NCBI RefSeq assembly: GCF_001194135.2
Contig: NC_068986.1
Coordinates: 58,169,044 to 58,233,043 of the forward strand
DNA length: 64,000 nt
Direction of reading: 5' to 3'
DNA from: Octopus bimaculoides
Lineage: Eukaryota
Part shown: positions 1-12,979 of the stretch, piece by piece
How positions within the stretch are numbered: the stretch's first letter is position 1
Layout of the letters: each line of letters opens with the position of its first letter
The notes under the pieces: generated by a model
Database searches by the model: none
What the model was told of the DNA's origin: nothing
The model's input: the letters and a program-made list of their open reading frames with translations, nothing else
Made by a program: the position numbers and the translations under genes

Positions 1-249
1 AGACTTCAATTTTAGTGGAGTCTTGTATTCGCTGGTACTCGTATATTATATAAGTGAAGCATGAATATAGGCTGCCATATAAGATATACTGAATCCAATA
101 TGGCGACCGAACGTACAACGCCATTTTCGCATAGATAAACTGCAAAGACTAGTCAGTACTGGTCCTAGCCGATAAAATTAATTTTAATACTTATTTATGG
201 TACTGTATGTTGATACTTTCATTTATCGTTGTTTTCAATTGATTCTCTC

Positions 250-297
<48 letters not shown>

Positions 298-347
298 CTT
301 ACACACGCTCACATATATGTGTATGTATGTATGTATGTATATATATG

Positions 348-378
<31 letters not shown>

Positions 379-394
379 TTATATATATGTATAT

Positions 395-950
395 ATGATG
401 ATGATGATGGTCCACTTGTGACTGAAGAAGTCCATCACTGAGCATTGTGCATGCCATGATGACAGAAATGTCCGTGCATGAGGCTATTGCACCAACAGAC
501 AGCTTCCCTCGAGCTCGCGTCCACCATTTTCATGCTCAGAACGGTGCCTTCTATCTTGACTCAGCATCAGATAGTTGGCTCACAGGCGAGAGCACAACCT
601 AAAATTTTAGGCCCAAAAAGGTTTGCATAGCCCGCCACACAACCTATCTACCCTACTGACAGGATTCATAGATGATCCAGGGCAAGATATCCAGTGACCT
701 TCCCCTGGAGGCATGTTTTAACAAAAGCTATAGGTGTCTCACTCCCACTGGTCATCCAGCACGCTGGATACCGACCCTAAAATTTCTAAGGAATCTTACT
801 ATTACTAGATAGTCTTTCATCCTACACTCGGTTAATTCGTCCTTTTTGACAGGACTTGTTTTGATTCCTGCAAGATTTGTAACACTCCTCCTCACCACGC
901 AACTCTAGTGGTGGTGCCGGTTTCATCCCCGACAACCCGACCATGCAACA
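395..950 (-). mobile_element. Possible non-autonomous RTE-like LINE derivative ending in a (CAT)n tail
   Basis: GC-richer block bounded by (GAT)n at ~395-409. The segment ggtcactggatatcttgccctggatc...tgtggcgggctatgcaaacc loosely resembles recalled RTE 5' UTRs. No ORF; single copy in the window. Confidence 0.28.
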
Positions 951-1238
951 GGTTATAACTGGATTATATTTAACCAGTAGCACTCATGAGAAGCATCACA
1001 AGTGGCCTCACACACACAAACACCCACATACACACACACACACACTATACACACACATACACTATACACACACACACACATATATTCATTTATTCTTTTA
1101 CTTGTTTCAGACATTTGACTGCGGCCATGCTGGAGCACNNNNNNNNNNNNNNNNNNNNNNNNNNNNNNNNNNNNNNNNNNNNNNNNNNNNNNNNNNNNNN
1201 NNNNNNNNNNNNNNNNNNNNNNNNNNNNNNNNNNNNNN

Positions 1239-1280
<42 letters not shown>

Positions 1281-1314
1281 TTACATATTTATTATATAAA
1301 TGTATGTGTACACA

Positions 1315-1348
<34 letters not shown>

Positions 1349-1699
1349 CATATACAGATACTCGGACACACAGACACTTTTAATATGTAACATTCCGCGC
1401 AAGCGGAAATTGAATGTTGCACTTCTTCATTTATTTTCCAAGCGGAATTAGTTGAATAAAGCATTAATAATGCAGGAAATTAATCCGGCTGGGGTTCGAA
1501 ATCAAGTCGCGATTATGATTCCACCAACATCTAATCAATACATTACATTTCTAATCATTATTCGTTATTATTGTTTTGTTGTTGTTTTTCGCACATATTT
1601 TTTTGTATTTGATCAAAAAAAAAAAAAGATTTTAAAAGATCCTTCTTTTTCTTTTTTTTAATTCCTCCCTGCAACAATTCACACACAGGCACATCTGTC

Positions 1700-1985
1700 G
1701 GATTTGTGGTCCTGATTTCAAATACCGGTGAGGTCGACTTTTCCTCTCATCTTTTCTGGGGTGAGTACCAATTGAGTACTGAGATCGATGTTATCGACTT
1801 AGCCTCTCCCTCGAAATTGCTGGACCTTTGCCAAATTTTGAAATATCATTATTATTATTATTATTAGATAAGAAAGCCGTCGGAAAATACTTTGCAATAT
1901 TTCTCTCGGCTTTTTCTGTTCTCATCTCGGATCCCGCAACGGTCAAGTTCGCCTTTCATTCCTCACAGATCGATTAAATATAGTC
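1700..1985 (+). mobile_element. Two degenerate family A SINE copies separated by (ATT)n
   Basis: Contains ttcaaataccggtgaggtcgacttttcctctcatc and gttcgcctttcattcc, matching the family A core, with an (ATT)n tail at ~1848-1865. Confidence 0.6.
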
Positions 1986-2215
1986 ATGTACTGGTAATGA
2001 TAGTAAAGAGAAATACCACCTATTAAAATTATTGGTTTTAATAGGTGGTATACGCCATGTGCGTATATTGGGGACAGTTACATATGGGTTCGTATATATA
2101 ATATATATATACTTGCGATAATTTATCTATTAAGATAGATTATTACATAGTTTGACACATAAGTAGGAAATACATGTATACAATTAAACTTGTGCGGTAT
2201 ATGTGCACAGGGCTA

Positions 2216-2277
<62 letters not shown>

Positions 2278-2449
2278 AGTAATTATAGTGTACAGTTATA
2301 TAGATGTGTAAATATACACACGTTTTTTTTGTGTATACATACATACAAATGTAAATGTACACACTCAAATACATACACACACATACACACACACAAATTG
2401 TGTATATGTATCTGCAAAAATAATTGTGTGTGTGTGTTTGTGTATATAT

Positions 2450-2602
2450 AGGCTGTGTGATAAGAGGCTTGCTTCCCAACCACATGGTTCCGGGCTCAAT
2501 TCCACTACGTGGCACCTTGGGCAAGTGTCTTCCACTATAGCCTCGGGCCGACCAAAGCCTTGTGAGTGGATTTGCTAGACGGAAACTGAAAGAAGACCGT
2601 CG

Positions 2603-2673
<71 letters not shown>

Positions 2674-2807
2674 NNNNNNNNNNAAAGACACCGATAGAAT
2701 AAGTACTAGGCTTACAAAGAATAAGTCCTGGGGCCGATTTGTTCGACTAAAGGGGATACTCCAGCACGGCCGCAGTGAAATGACTGAAAAAAGTAAAAGA
2801 ATAAAGG
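2450..2807 (+). mobile_element. tRNA-derived SINE family B (octopus OK/OR-like) with internal (AT)n(GT)n
   Basis: Pol III A/B-box-like head (ggctgtgtgataag...ggctcaattcc), CORE-like ttgggcaagtgtctt, internal microsatellite and A-rich tail. Many homologous copies occur in the window. Confidence 0.85.
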
Positions 2808-2863
2808 AATAGACACACATATATCTATGTGTGTATCTATACACACGTTAACAAATCAATGAG

Positions 2864-2907
<44 letters not shown>

Positions 2908-3479
2908 GTTTTTCCATCACTATTCCAGGATAAGTGGTCTATGACGAAATACTGGTCGTTTTTTTGTTTTTTTTTTGCACTGGGGTAGCATTTCATCCTC
3001 GGACTTTCTTTTCTGCCCTGCCAAATGGGATCCTGAGGTGGCTGCGCTTGAGGTAAAAACCTGGTCAATTTCAGAGCGTCTGACCTATTGGATAACGTTG
3101 TTTTGTATTCTACGCGGCAACGTTTTTCGTTGTAAATGTTAAAGTGTACACAGGTCGTCGGTGAAAGATATTAATTCAACATAAAAAAAACAAAGAATTT
3201 GTTTATTTCATTTAACGGTTATATCGAAATTTACCGACATAAAATGAAAGATAGCAGCATATTGCCAACAACACACCTTCACATATATAATACCGTATAG
3301 AATATAAAATTTTAACATTTACAACCGTTAGTTTCGTATCTTAATGAAAACAACTCTTTAAACACTTCTTTCAAAGATGTATAACGCCAAAGAATCTAAT
3401 AACTATCTCGCTGTTTCTTTTAGGCCCTTTTTAAAGCTACACATATTTTCCAATGACCGTAGTCCTATTTTAATATTTC

Positions 3480-4120
3480 CTTCCTTAATATTGCAGGTGT
3501 GGTTTTAAGGGAGAAGCTTTCTATCAAATATACGACGAAGAAGCCGACTGTTGTTTAATCACAGGTTAGCTTTGGTTGACCAGACCTAATGATCAAAGGC
3601 ATTCCCAACCTGAAAAATCCTGTCTTTTTATTCATTATTCCAGACAGTGTGTCTGGTGCTACATTATCGAATATGCCTTTCCTACAAACAAAAATTAGAA
3701 ATAAAAAAAATAAAAATTGTAGTGTGTAATTTGAGAGGAAGTGTTAACGTCTCGTTGGTGGTGATATCACTTGAAGTTCGTTGATGTGTATACTCATTTA
3801 TTTTTATTTTATTTATTTATTTGGGCCCTAGATCATATACCTCTTTTCAAAGGTATTGAAATCATGACCATCCCGTATTTCGTTGTTGTATTTCTATTTT
3901 TGTCTTTCTGTTTTCCTTTACTACATTCTCCGATGTGTCCCCCACTAACCGTTTTAAAGCGTTGGTCCTTGTATATAAAATCAGCATCATCTGACTGTTG
4001 TTTCTAGCAGCAGGTTGAGCGACCGCGCTGCTATTGCTTAGTCTCAAATCAACACCATTCGAAAGACTCTATGATCAAAGCCCTTCCAATTGTGACAATC
4101 CTGTCTTCGCTTAAGGAATT
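3480..4120 (+). repeat. Cluster of unclassified family C repeats
   Basis: Recurrent motifs gacctaatgatcaaaggcattcc, gtgtaatttgagaggaag and tttctagcagcaggttgagcgacc, shared with roughly 20 other loci in the window. Confidence 0.7.
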
Positions 4121-4910
4121 TATTTGAACAAAATTTGGCTTTTTTTTTGCACGTCAAACAGCCAACTATAAATCTCTGGACTCATCCATGTAGACGGCAC
4201 GAAGGGTCTTGGTACCATATGTGTGTACTTGTGAGACGAATATACATAACTAAACACTTTGAGTACAGCCCGTCATCTCCTTAAGGACACCACTACAAAC
4301 ATGTACCGAATCGACCTCTGTCTACGGCAAGTCACCACTTATCTCCTCAAATTCTAGAGGTTATATTTAAGTGAATGCTTAGTACCCACCCCAATCCCAA
4401 AGACAGACCAAATTGATCAAAAGCTTCCCAGCCCAGTGACTCCATTGTTAAATACTTCCTTCGTTATTTAAAACACTAGTGTATATTTTTGAGGGGCTTT
4501 TGGCTACTATTTCTAGCGAGAAGTATGTCCACATAGAGCTACCACCAACAGTCACAATATTTCTTTGTTCGCGATATGATACTTATATTAGCACTGATCA
4601 AGGAAGAATGAAAACAGAGGAGGAGGGAAGGGCAAAGTTCAACTCGAACAGATTTGAGACCTGAACGTAAAGGACCCTCACCTAATGGACCAAGACATTT
4701 GGTCCGTCATTTGAATAATTTGATGCTGTCACACCACCACCTGAATAACGATAAAACAGTCGGTGGTTAAGATGAGAGGTAAATATCGATACTCGGCAGA
4801 TTTTCAATTCAGAGCATAAAGGGACATAACAATATAGCCCGTAGCATTTCATCCGGCATTCATTACAGCTTTCCGCCTCATACTTTCCAAGAAGCAACAA
4901 CAACAACAAT

Positions 4911-5558
4911 AATATTCCTTTCTATTATAGGCACAAGGTCTGAAATTGTGGGGGAGGAAACTAGTCGATTACACCGATCCCAGTGTTTTACTGGTACTTA
5001 ATTTATCGACCACGAAAGGATGAAAGTCGACCTAGGTGGAATTTGAACTCAGAACGTAGCTACGGGAGAAATACCGCTAGGCATTTAGTCCAGCGTGCTA
5101 ACGATTCTACCAGCTCGCCGCTTTAACAACAACAACAATAATAATAATAATTCTTACTACTAAAGGCACAAACCCTGAAATTTGGGTTGGAAGGGACTAG
5201 TCGATTACACCGACACCAGTGTTACACAGATATTTAATTTATCGATCCCGAAAGGGTGAAAGGCAAAGATGACCCCGGCGGTATTTGAACTTAGAACATG
5301 AAGACGGGCGAAATGCCGCCAAGGATTTTGCCCGGTGTGACAACGATTCTGCCAGATCGCCCAGTACGGCTTTCAAATTTTGGAAATTTTAATGGGAGGC
5401 GGGGCAAGTTCATTACATCAACCCCCAGTGCTTAACTGGTACATAATTTTAACGCACCCGAAACGGATGAATTTTGAACTCGGAAAGTTAAAAGTCGAAA
5501 GAAGACTCGCTAAGCATTTTGTCCGACACGCTAACGATTCTGACAGCTTGCCACCTTA
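4911..5558 (-). mobile_element. Three head-to-tail family A tRNA-derived SINEs
   Basis: Units at ~4911-5124, ~5137-5361 and ~5368-5558 are each the reverse complement of aaggcggcgagctggcagaatcgttagc...gagttcaaattcc...gcctttcatcctttcggggtcgataaa...(ATT)n. Confidence 0.88.
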
Positions 5559-5712
5559 TAAAAACAATAAATGTGTATGTATGTATGTATGCATACATAT
5601 ATACACTCATATGCATAGGTGTATGTATGCATAATATATATATATACATATATATACACACATACAAATATATGTGTGTACGTATATATGCATACATACA
5701 TACGAACATAAA

Positions 5713-6263
5713 NNNNNNNNNNNNNNNNNNNNNNNNNNNNNNNNNNNNNNNNNNNNNNNNNNNNNNNNNNNNNNNNNNNNNNNNNNNNNNNNNNNNNNNN
5801 NNNNNNNNNNNNNNNNNNNNNNNNNNNNNNNNNNNNNNNNNNNNNNNNNNNNNNNNNNNNNNNNNNNNNNNNNNNNNNNNNNNNNNNNNNNNNNNNNNNN
5901 NNNNNNNNNNNNNNNNNNNNNNNNNNNNNNNNNNNNNNNNNNNNNNNNNNNNNNNNNNNNNNNNNNNNNNNNNNNNNNNNNNNNNNNNNNNNNNNNNNNN
6001 NNNNNNNNNNNNNNNNNNNNNNNNNNNNNNNNNNNNNNNNNNNNNNNNNNNNNNNNNNNNNNNNNNNNNNNNNNNNNNNNNNNNNNNNNNNNNNNNNNNN
6101 NNNNNNNNNNNNNNNNNNNNNNNNNNNNNNNNNNNNNNNNNNNNNNNNNNNNNNNNNNNNNNNNNNNNNNNNNNNNNNNNNNNNNNNNNNNNNNNNNNNN
6201 NNNNNNNNNNNNNNNNNNNNNNNNNNNNNNNNNNNNNNNNNNNNNNNNNNNNNNNNNNNNNNN
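5713..6263. other. Assembly gap (one of about 30 N-runs)
   Basis: N-run. Most gaps abut (AT)n or (AC)n arrays, as expected for short-read scaffolding. All X-containing ORFs in the track are uninformative. Confidence 0.98.
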
Positions 6264-6496
6264 TATATATATATATATATATATTTGTATGTATGTATGT
6301 ATGCATACATATATACACTCATATGCATAGGTGTATGTATGCATAATATATATATATACATATATATACACACATACAAATATATGTGTGTACGTATATA
6401 TGCATACATACATACGAACATAAATACACACATATATGTATACATATATATACACATACATACACGCGCGCATTTTATATACGCGCACACACAGAC

Positions 6497-6583
<87 letters not shown>

Positions 6584-6850
6584 CGCGCGTGTGTGTATGT
6601 GGCAAAACATGACAATTTTATATTTCTACTTAACTTTTCCCTACCTAAATCCTTGTGAAAACAAATTTTGAAATTGTCATCCAGTTTTTGAAATTAACAT
6701 TTTAATTTCTTCAGGAAAAAAATGCAAAAATATAGATATATTCATTTGTGTATATAATTATAAACACACACACATTGTGTATATTTATACAAATATACAC
6801 AAACATACATTATGTAACAAAGACACATGTACACATATATATCATATATA

Positions 6851-7461
6851 TATTTGTTTGAGTCATTTGACTGCGGCCATGCTGGAGCACCGCCTTTAGT
6901 CGAACAAATTGACCCCAGGACTTATTCTTTGTAAGCCTAGTACTTATTCTATCGGTGGCTTTTGCCGAACCGCTAAGTTACGGGTACTTAAACACACCAA
7001 CATTGGTTGTCAAGCGATGGTGCAGGGACCAACACAGACACACAAACATAAACATATATCCTTTTACTTGTTTCAGTCATTTGACTGCTGCCATACTGGA
7101 GCACCGCCTTTATAGTTGAGCAAATCGACCCCAGAGCTTATTCTTTGTAAGCCTAGTACTTATTCTATCGGTGGCTTTTGCCAAACCGCTAAGTTACGGG
7201 AGCGTCAACACACCACAATCAGTTGTCAAGCGATGCTGGGGGAACAAACAAACAAACACACACACACACACACAGACATATATATATATATATATATATA
7301 CACAACAGGCTTCTTTCAGTTTCCGTCTACCAAATTCACTCACAAGACTTCGGTCGGCCCGATGCTATAGTAGCAGACACTTGCCCAACGTGCCACGCAG
7401 TGGGACTGAACTCGGAACCATGTGGTTGGTAAGCAAACTACTTACCACACAGCCACTCCTG
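6851..7461 (-). mobile_element. Family B SINE: a 3' half (6851-7055) followed by a full copy (7062-7461)
   Basis: Two direct copies of the gtcatttgactgcggccatgctggagcaccgcc...tgtcaagcgatg segment. The second continues to the tRNA-like head (rc caggagtggctgtgtggtaag). Confidence 0.88.
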
Positions 7462-7974
7462 TATATTACGCATATTTCTATGCCACACGCACATATGTGT
7501 AAGTATATGCATGCGTTGAGGTATGAACACATACAAAAAAGTGTGTACGTGTGACTGCTTTGATTCTTTTACAGGTTTCAATCATTCGAGTGTNNNNNNN
7601 NNNNNNNNNNNNNNNNNNNNNNNNNNNNNNNNNNNNNNNNNNNNNNNNNNNNNNNNNNNNNNNNNNNNNNNNNNNNNNNNNNNNNNNNNNNNNNNNNNNN
7701 NNNNNNNNNNNNNNNNNNNNNNNNNNNNNNNNNNNNNNNNNNNNNNNNNNNNNNNNNNNNNNNNNNNNNNNNNNNNNNNNNNNNNNNNNNNNNNNNNNNN
7801 NNNNNNNNNNNNNNNNNNNNNNNNNNNNNNNNNNNNNNNNNNNNNNNNNNNNNNNNNNNNNNNNNNNNNNNNNNNNNNNNNNNNNNNNNNNNNNNNNNNN
7901 NNNNNNNNNNNNNNNNNNNNNNNNNNNNNNNNNNNNTATATATATATATATATACACACACATTTATATATGTG

Positions 7975-8005
<31 letters not shown>

Positions 8006-8089
8006 ATATATATGTATGCAAGTATGTATGTATGTATGTATGTATGTATGTATGTATGTATGTATGTATGTATGTATGCACACGCATCC

Positions 8090-8475
8090 ACTTTGTCATT
8101 CTGTCGGGACCGATAAAATAGATACCAGTTGAGCACTGGGTCAATGTAATCGACTGCTCTAAAAAATTATTGGCCTTGTGCTAAAATTTGAAATTGTTGT
8201 TGTTATTATTATTAGTGTTAGTGGGGTTCTTCGATTATCCCTAGAGGCGTTCCTGTATCAAGAGGGTCACATCTCTATCATCCTCGCCGCATTTTTTTAA
8301 AAACTTTTATGCTATGCATATGTCTCTTCTTTTTCAGTGTCTACAGTATATACTTACATTTTTTTAATCATTTCATTATCATACGTAAACCCCTACACTT
8401 TATGTCTGTCTCTGTATTGTCCCCCTCATCCTTCGCCCTAGTGGCAAATAAATGAAATCATTATTATTATTATTA
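8090..8475 (+). mobile_element. 3' half of a family A SINE followed by a probable LINE 3' UTR fragment
   Basis: 8090-8215 matches the family A core and tail. 8215-8475 ends tgtctgtctctgtattgtccccctc...gtggcaaataaatgaaatc(ATT)n, similar to the alternative SINE tail at 53292-53360. Confidence 0.55.
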
Positions 8476-10059
8476 TTCATTTTTTAACGTATACATCACC
8501 CTCATAAAAAGATGAAAAAAATGAATCGGTATCACTAATTTTAAATATAGTACTTAGCCAAAGTGTGAGCCTTCATGTGATCGCCTAAATTGCAAAATTT
8601 CGTAGCCAAATTTTCTCTCAAAATCGCACAGCCCTACTCTACGGTAATTAAAAGAAAACAAAAATTTTACATCACGAATATAGAAAAACGTGCGGTCATA
8701 GATCGAATGCTTTTAGTCATACCTAAGTACGCGTTTGGTGCTAAAGAACAGTACTTTTGATAACTAGATATATATTGGATGAGTGCTAGGTTTGCTCCGA
8801 TATAGCAACTAAATTTTCTTCTAATTATACCGCCTTAAAATAAGACGGCTACATCTAGTTTCTTGCCTGTAACCCATATTAGGATGGTCATACCTGATTT
8901 TCGGGCCCTAACAAGAACAACTGCTACACACACATATGTATGTTTGTATGAATATATATATATATATATATATATGTATGAATATATATATATATATATA
9001 NNNNNNNNNNNNNNNNNNNNNNNNNNNNNNNNNNNNNNNNNNNNNNNNNNNNNNNNNNNNNNNNNNNNNNNNNNNNNNNNNNNNNNNNNNNNNNNNNNNN
9101 NNNNNNNNNNNNNNNNNNNNNNNNNNNNNNNNNNNNNNNNNNNNNNNNNNNNNNNNNNNNNNNNNNNNNNNNNNNNNNNNNNNNNNNNNNNNNNNNNNNN
9201 NNNNNNNNNNNNNNNNNNNNNNNNNNNNNNNNNNNNNNNNNNNNNNNNNNNNNNNNNNNNNNNNNNNNNNNNNNNNNNNNNNNNNNNNNNNNNNNNNNNN
9301 NNNNNNNNNNNNNNNNNNNNNNNNNNNNNNNNNNNNNNNNNNNNNNNNNNNNNNNNNNNNNNNNNNNNNNNNNNNNNNNNNNNNNNNNNNNNNNNNNNNN
9401 NNNNNNNNNNNNNNNNNNNNNNNNNNNNNNNNNNNNNNNNNNNNNNNNNNNNNNNNNNNNNNNNNNNNNNNNNNNNNNNNNNNNNNNNNNNNNNNNNNNN
9501 NNNNNNNNNNNNNNNNNNNNNNNNNNNNNNNNNNNNNNNNNNNNNNNNNNNNNNNNNNNNNNNNNNNNNNNNNNNNNNNNNNNNNNNNNNNNNNNNNNNN
9601 NNNNNNNNNNNNNNNNNNNNNNNNNNNNNNNNNNNNNNNNNNNNNNNNNNNNNNNNNNNNNNNNNNNNNNNNNNNNNNNNNNNNNNNNNNNNNNNNNNNN
9701 NNNNNNNNNNNNNNNNNNNNNNNNNNNNNNNNNNNNNNNNNNNNNNNNNNNNNNNNNNNNNNNNNNNNNNNNNNNNNNNNNNNNNNNNNNNNNNNNTAAG
9801 CAGTGTTATTTTGTTTATGGCCCCATAACTTAGTGTCTCGGCAAAAGGACAACTGATAATGTATCAGATTTAAAAAGAAAAAAATACTGAGTTTGATTTA
9901 GATTGATTTAACCCCCTTAAGGTAGTGCCCTGTAATGCTACACACACACAAACATACACACAAAATCCTGAAATATTTTCTAAAAAAAAAAAAAGACTCT
10001 CAGTTCTGAGGCACACCTCTAAACCCCTAACCCAGCTGGATACAAAATTACATCTCTAT

Positions 10060-10098
<39 letters not shown>

Positions 10099-10588
10099 CT
10101 CACCTCACATCCTACAAATGCTAAAAGGAACAAAAAAGCATGTTTGATAAAATAATAATATTGATGATTTCTAACAGAGGTCAGGACATGGTCAAAAAGT
10201 TGCTAAGCTACTGACTGACCACTTTATTTTATTCATTATATATTTATTTTCCATTGAAATTAGTCTTTTTTTGTTGTTGTTTTTTCACTGTGCCAACAAA
10301 CTCTCTTTATACTGTTCACAAACAATTCAGTCTCTTCTGTTTCACATACCTACACAGCCTTAGCTGAGGTCATACCACGAATGTTTTTCTTAAAATATAA
10401 ATACTATCACACTACCCTCACCGCTGGCCCCAAGAGGGTTCACACGCTCCTTTCCTCATCAACAAAATTGCCGAAAAGGATCTGTGAGCCAAAGACGAAG
10501 CCTTATGCGGGTTGTAGTGTGTGTAAAAAATAGCAACCAAATCTCCCTCAAATCACATCCTACCGGCTTATGGAAAAAAAACCTAGCG

Positions 10589-10935
10589 CAGAGGTTCTCA
10601 ACCATTTTTATCTGCGGAGCCCTTTAATTACTATTTTATTCTTGTGGACCCCCATAGCCATTCGATGTTTAAAAACTAGTTTTATAGATACTTCTTTCAA
10701 AATTCCTATTTTGTTTTTCACACAATAATTTCTGTAAGTTGAACTATGGTAAAATGTTAGAGAAAGAAACCTGGCTGCTTCTCGCAATACATATCAATAC
10801 ATACATCTAAAACAATTTTTCAGGAACCTTTAAAATATTATTGTGACTCACCCATTTACTATTTCGTTGTGTGGACCCCCTAAAAATCTTATATAGCCCC
10901 TCAGGGGCCATATGGACCTTGCTGGAGAACCACTG
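10589..10935. mobile_element. hAT (Charlie-like) MITE, 347 bp
   Basis: TIRs cagaggttctcaacc / rc cagtggttctccagc. The 8-bp flanks acctagcg and acttagcg match 7/8, with the central TA of Charlie-type targets. It lies between family C segments. Confidence 0.85.
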
Positions 10936-11329
10936 ACTTAGCGCTTCGGCAAAGGAACGGCGATGGTGTTGGGTTGGGTCTCTGCATATGTAAAATAAGA
11001 GGTGATAGTCACGGCTGAATTGCCTTTGATCCTAGTTTGCTCAATCAAGTCCGACCTGGACTAAACAACAAGTGTCGGCTAAATATAGCAGCCAAATCTC
11101 ACTCTACGCTCATAAATGAAGAAGTCTGCCTTTACACAACATACTCCATGATATAAAAAAAAAAAATAAAATGACAGTCATGTTTTAGATAAACTTGATC
11201 ATAAAACTGCCGCTGGTTAAAGAACATGGTTAGCAACGCTCTTTCTGCCTTGCTAAATTTAAACCATTTACAAGTACACACGGAGATTTTAATGTACAAA
11301 TATCTATCATTCTCTCAATTTAGCAATCT

Positions 11330-11449
<120 letters not shown>

Positions 11450-12080
11450 TGAAATCTTATCTACACTTGTACAAAGTACTTGTGCACAAGGTTCATTTTA
11501 GAAACGATTTCTATGCCATTCATACCTTTCTGTTAGCTCCCAACCTTGAATACACACCCACACACAAAATATGTTTATAATTTTTATATGCAGCGTATGG
11601 ATACGGTTATAAAGACAAGATTTACATATAACTATAGCAAAGAACTAAATTAGCTGATATTACTTGAGTTATCACTCTTATTTGAAGCCTTCGGATTTTG
11701 AATGCCCGTAAAGGTGAATAGAAAAATTAATTTTGATACACTGAGATTATCTTTGCAATTAAGGATCATATATATATATATATATACATACATATATATG
11801 TGTGTGTGTGTGTGTGTGCGCGTGTGTGTGTAAATATATATATNNNNNNNNNNNNNNNNNNNNNNNNNNNNNNNNNNNNNNNNNNNNNNNNNNNNNNNNN
11901 NNNNNNNNNNNNNNNNNNNNNNNNNNNNNNNNNNNNNNNNNNNNNNNNNNNNNNNNNNNNNNNNNNNNNNNNNNNNNNNNNNNNNNNNNNNNNNNNNNNN
12001 NNNNNNNNNNNNNNNNNNNNNNNNNNNNNNNNNNNNNNNNNNNNNNNNNNNNNNNNNNNNNNNNNNNNNNNNNNNNNNNN

Positions 12081-12136
<56 letters not shown>

Positions 12137-12979
12137 GTATTTGCATACATGAGTGCGAATATGTACATGTATGTATAACACGGTGAATTATAATCTTGGT
12201 AGCTATTAAAAATGTGTCTCTAACTTCGGAACCTCACTGTTCCGAGTTCAAATCTAACTCAGGAATGACTTCCACATAAATCCTCTCGGAGCTGTTAAAA
12301 TTAATGCTTGCATTTGATCGAGTAGAGGCGCCGTAATATTGGCTCAGTGCCGATTCAAAAGAAATATATGTAATAGATGTATAGACGTCAGTGCAAATAA
12401 GAAGGAGAAAATAGAGAACACGATAGCAAGATTAGAGTAAAATAATTTACTTGAAGTTGAAGGTTAACAAATGGTTAATCGGCATTTCTTTTTGTCGATC
12501 TCTACTCGTTTATATATTTTTGCATGTGTGTGTTATTATTTGTGAGAGAATTCATTATATTTACTGCAGATTAACACAAACACACACACACACACTTATA
12601 TCTGTTTGTATATGGATGTATATACATACAAGCATACTCACACGTTTTAGTTCACGTAAGTATATAAAGTAAATATGTATAAAAATATATATGTATGCAC
12701 ATATGAAACTATGAGGGTGTGGATGGGTGAACACATTGTATGTTCACATGCGTATTTTAATGTGTGTGTGTGTGTGGTTCAGCCTCTGCGTTTATTTTAC
12801 ACAATGAGGTTATGTAATTTTATGCACTTATCCACACATCCTCTATACTAAGCTAGTTAGGTAGTTCGTAGGCGCCACCAACAAATGTACTAATATACAA
12901 ATGAACAAAATCCGTGCCTATTACTGTCAGCATTTTTCATAATTAGATGTAAATTTCTCTCTCACTCCCTTTATCGAAC

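Noticed and set aside
640-760. HDV-like ribozyme in the putative RTE 5' UTR
   Set aside because: The trial fold lacks the P1.1 GG, has an oversized L3 and a mismatched P1. Not supportable by eye.
5571-6422. ~140-bp direct duplication flanking an N-gap
   Set aside because: Near-identical sequence on both sides of a gap is most simply a scaffolding overlap artefact. The same applies to 46905-46990 versus 47306-47385.
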